Shown one piece after another: positions 51,743-51,845 of a stretch of 51,845 bases of DNA. A model generated the notes under the pieces. The model had not been told where the DNA came from. It ran no database searches and saw only the letters and a list, made by a program, of their open reading frames with translations. The DNA is from Azospirillum sp. CAG:239 (GTDB taxonomy: Bacteria > Bacillota_I > Bacilli_A > RFN20 > CAG-449): assembly GCA_963653535.1 (NCBI GenBank), contig CAVJWU010000004.1:1-51845 (forward strand), read 5' to 3'. Numbering within the stretch: position 1 is the stretch's first letter; each line of letters begins with the position of its first letter. A program made the translations under genes and the position numbers.

Positions 51743-51845
51743 AATGGTAAGGAGACGAACTCCAGTTGTATAATTGTATCTATTATATTTCTGGACACTT
51801 CGTTGTAAGGGCAAAGTTAGATATTGCCCGTAATAGAAAGAAGAA

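Noticed and set aside
1-51845. Mobile elements, CRISPR arrays, rRNA or tRNA genes, toxin-antitoxin pairs and known defence systems.
   Set aside because: I saw no transposase, integrase or recombinase motifs in any ORF, no regularly spaced direct repeats, and no GC-rich cloverleaf-sized islands other than ssrA. The helicase plus PRTase pair (37464-39243) is explained by conserved comFA-comFC synteny next to secA.

Overview
This is a low-GC (about 30%) chromosomal segment from a wall-bearing Bacillota organism, Erysipelotrichia-like by my guess. It is not a UGA-recoding Mollicute: RF2 is present with its UGA-dependent +1 frameshift, and TGA terminates genes. Most of the window is housekeeping DNA in Bacillus-like synteny:
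- rpsF-ssb-rpsR-yybS-gdpP-rplI-dnaB-walJ-like-rlmH
- dnaX-ybaB-recR-tmk-holB-ricT-rsmI (minus strand)
- prfA-prmC-tsaC-rpiB-comFA-comFC-secA-prfB-yitT...ctp...uvrB
- ssrA (tmRNA) at the right end

The accessory content is:
- a Mn-riboswitch-controlled mntP
- an 11.5-kb starch/maltodextrin utilisation locus (1829-13277) in which all four exported components are lipoproteins
- a three-gene membrane-protein operon with two RDD-family paralogs (13324-15877, minus strand)
- an oversized YfhO-like membrane protein
- an esterase/ATP-grasp pair next to ssrA

I found no rRNA, canonical tRNA, CRISPR array, transposase, integrase or recognisable defence system. I cannot point to a clear-cut new system. 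The best candidates for undescribed biology are:
- a MalF-type permease carrying a roughly 440-aa coiled-coil insert predicted to be cytoplasmic
- a small CBM-like lipoprotein inside the glucan locus
- the RDD-paralog operon, which has a leaderless-type start and a 24-bp perfect palindrome upstream
- a tmRNA whose tag appears to end in Cys

All homology calls come from reading motifs in the supplied translations. No searches were run.
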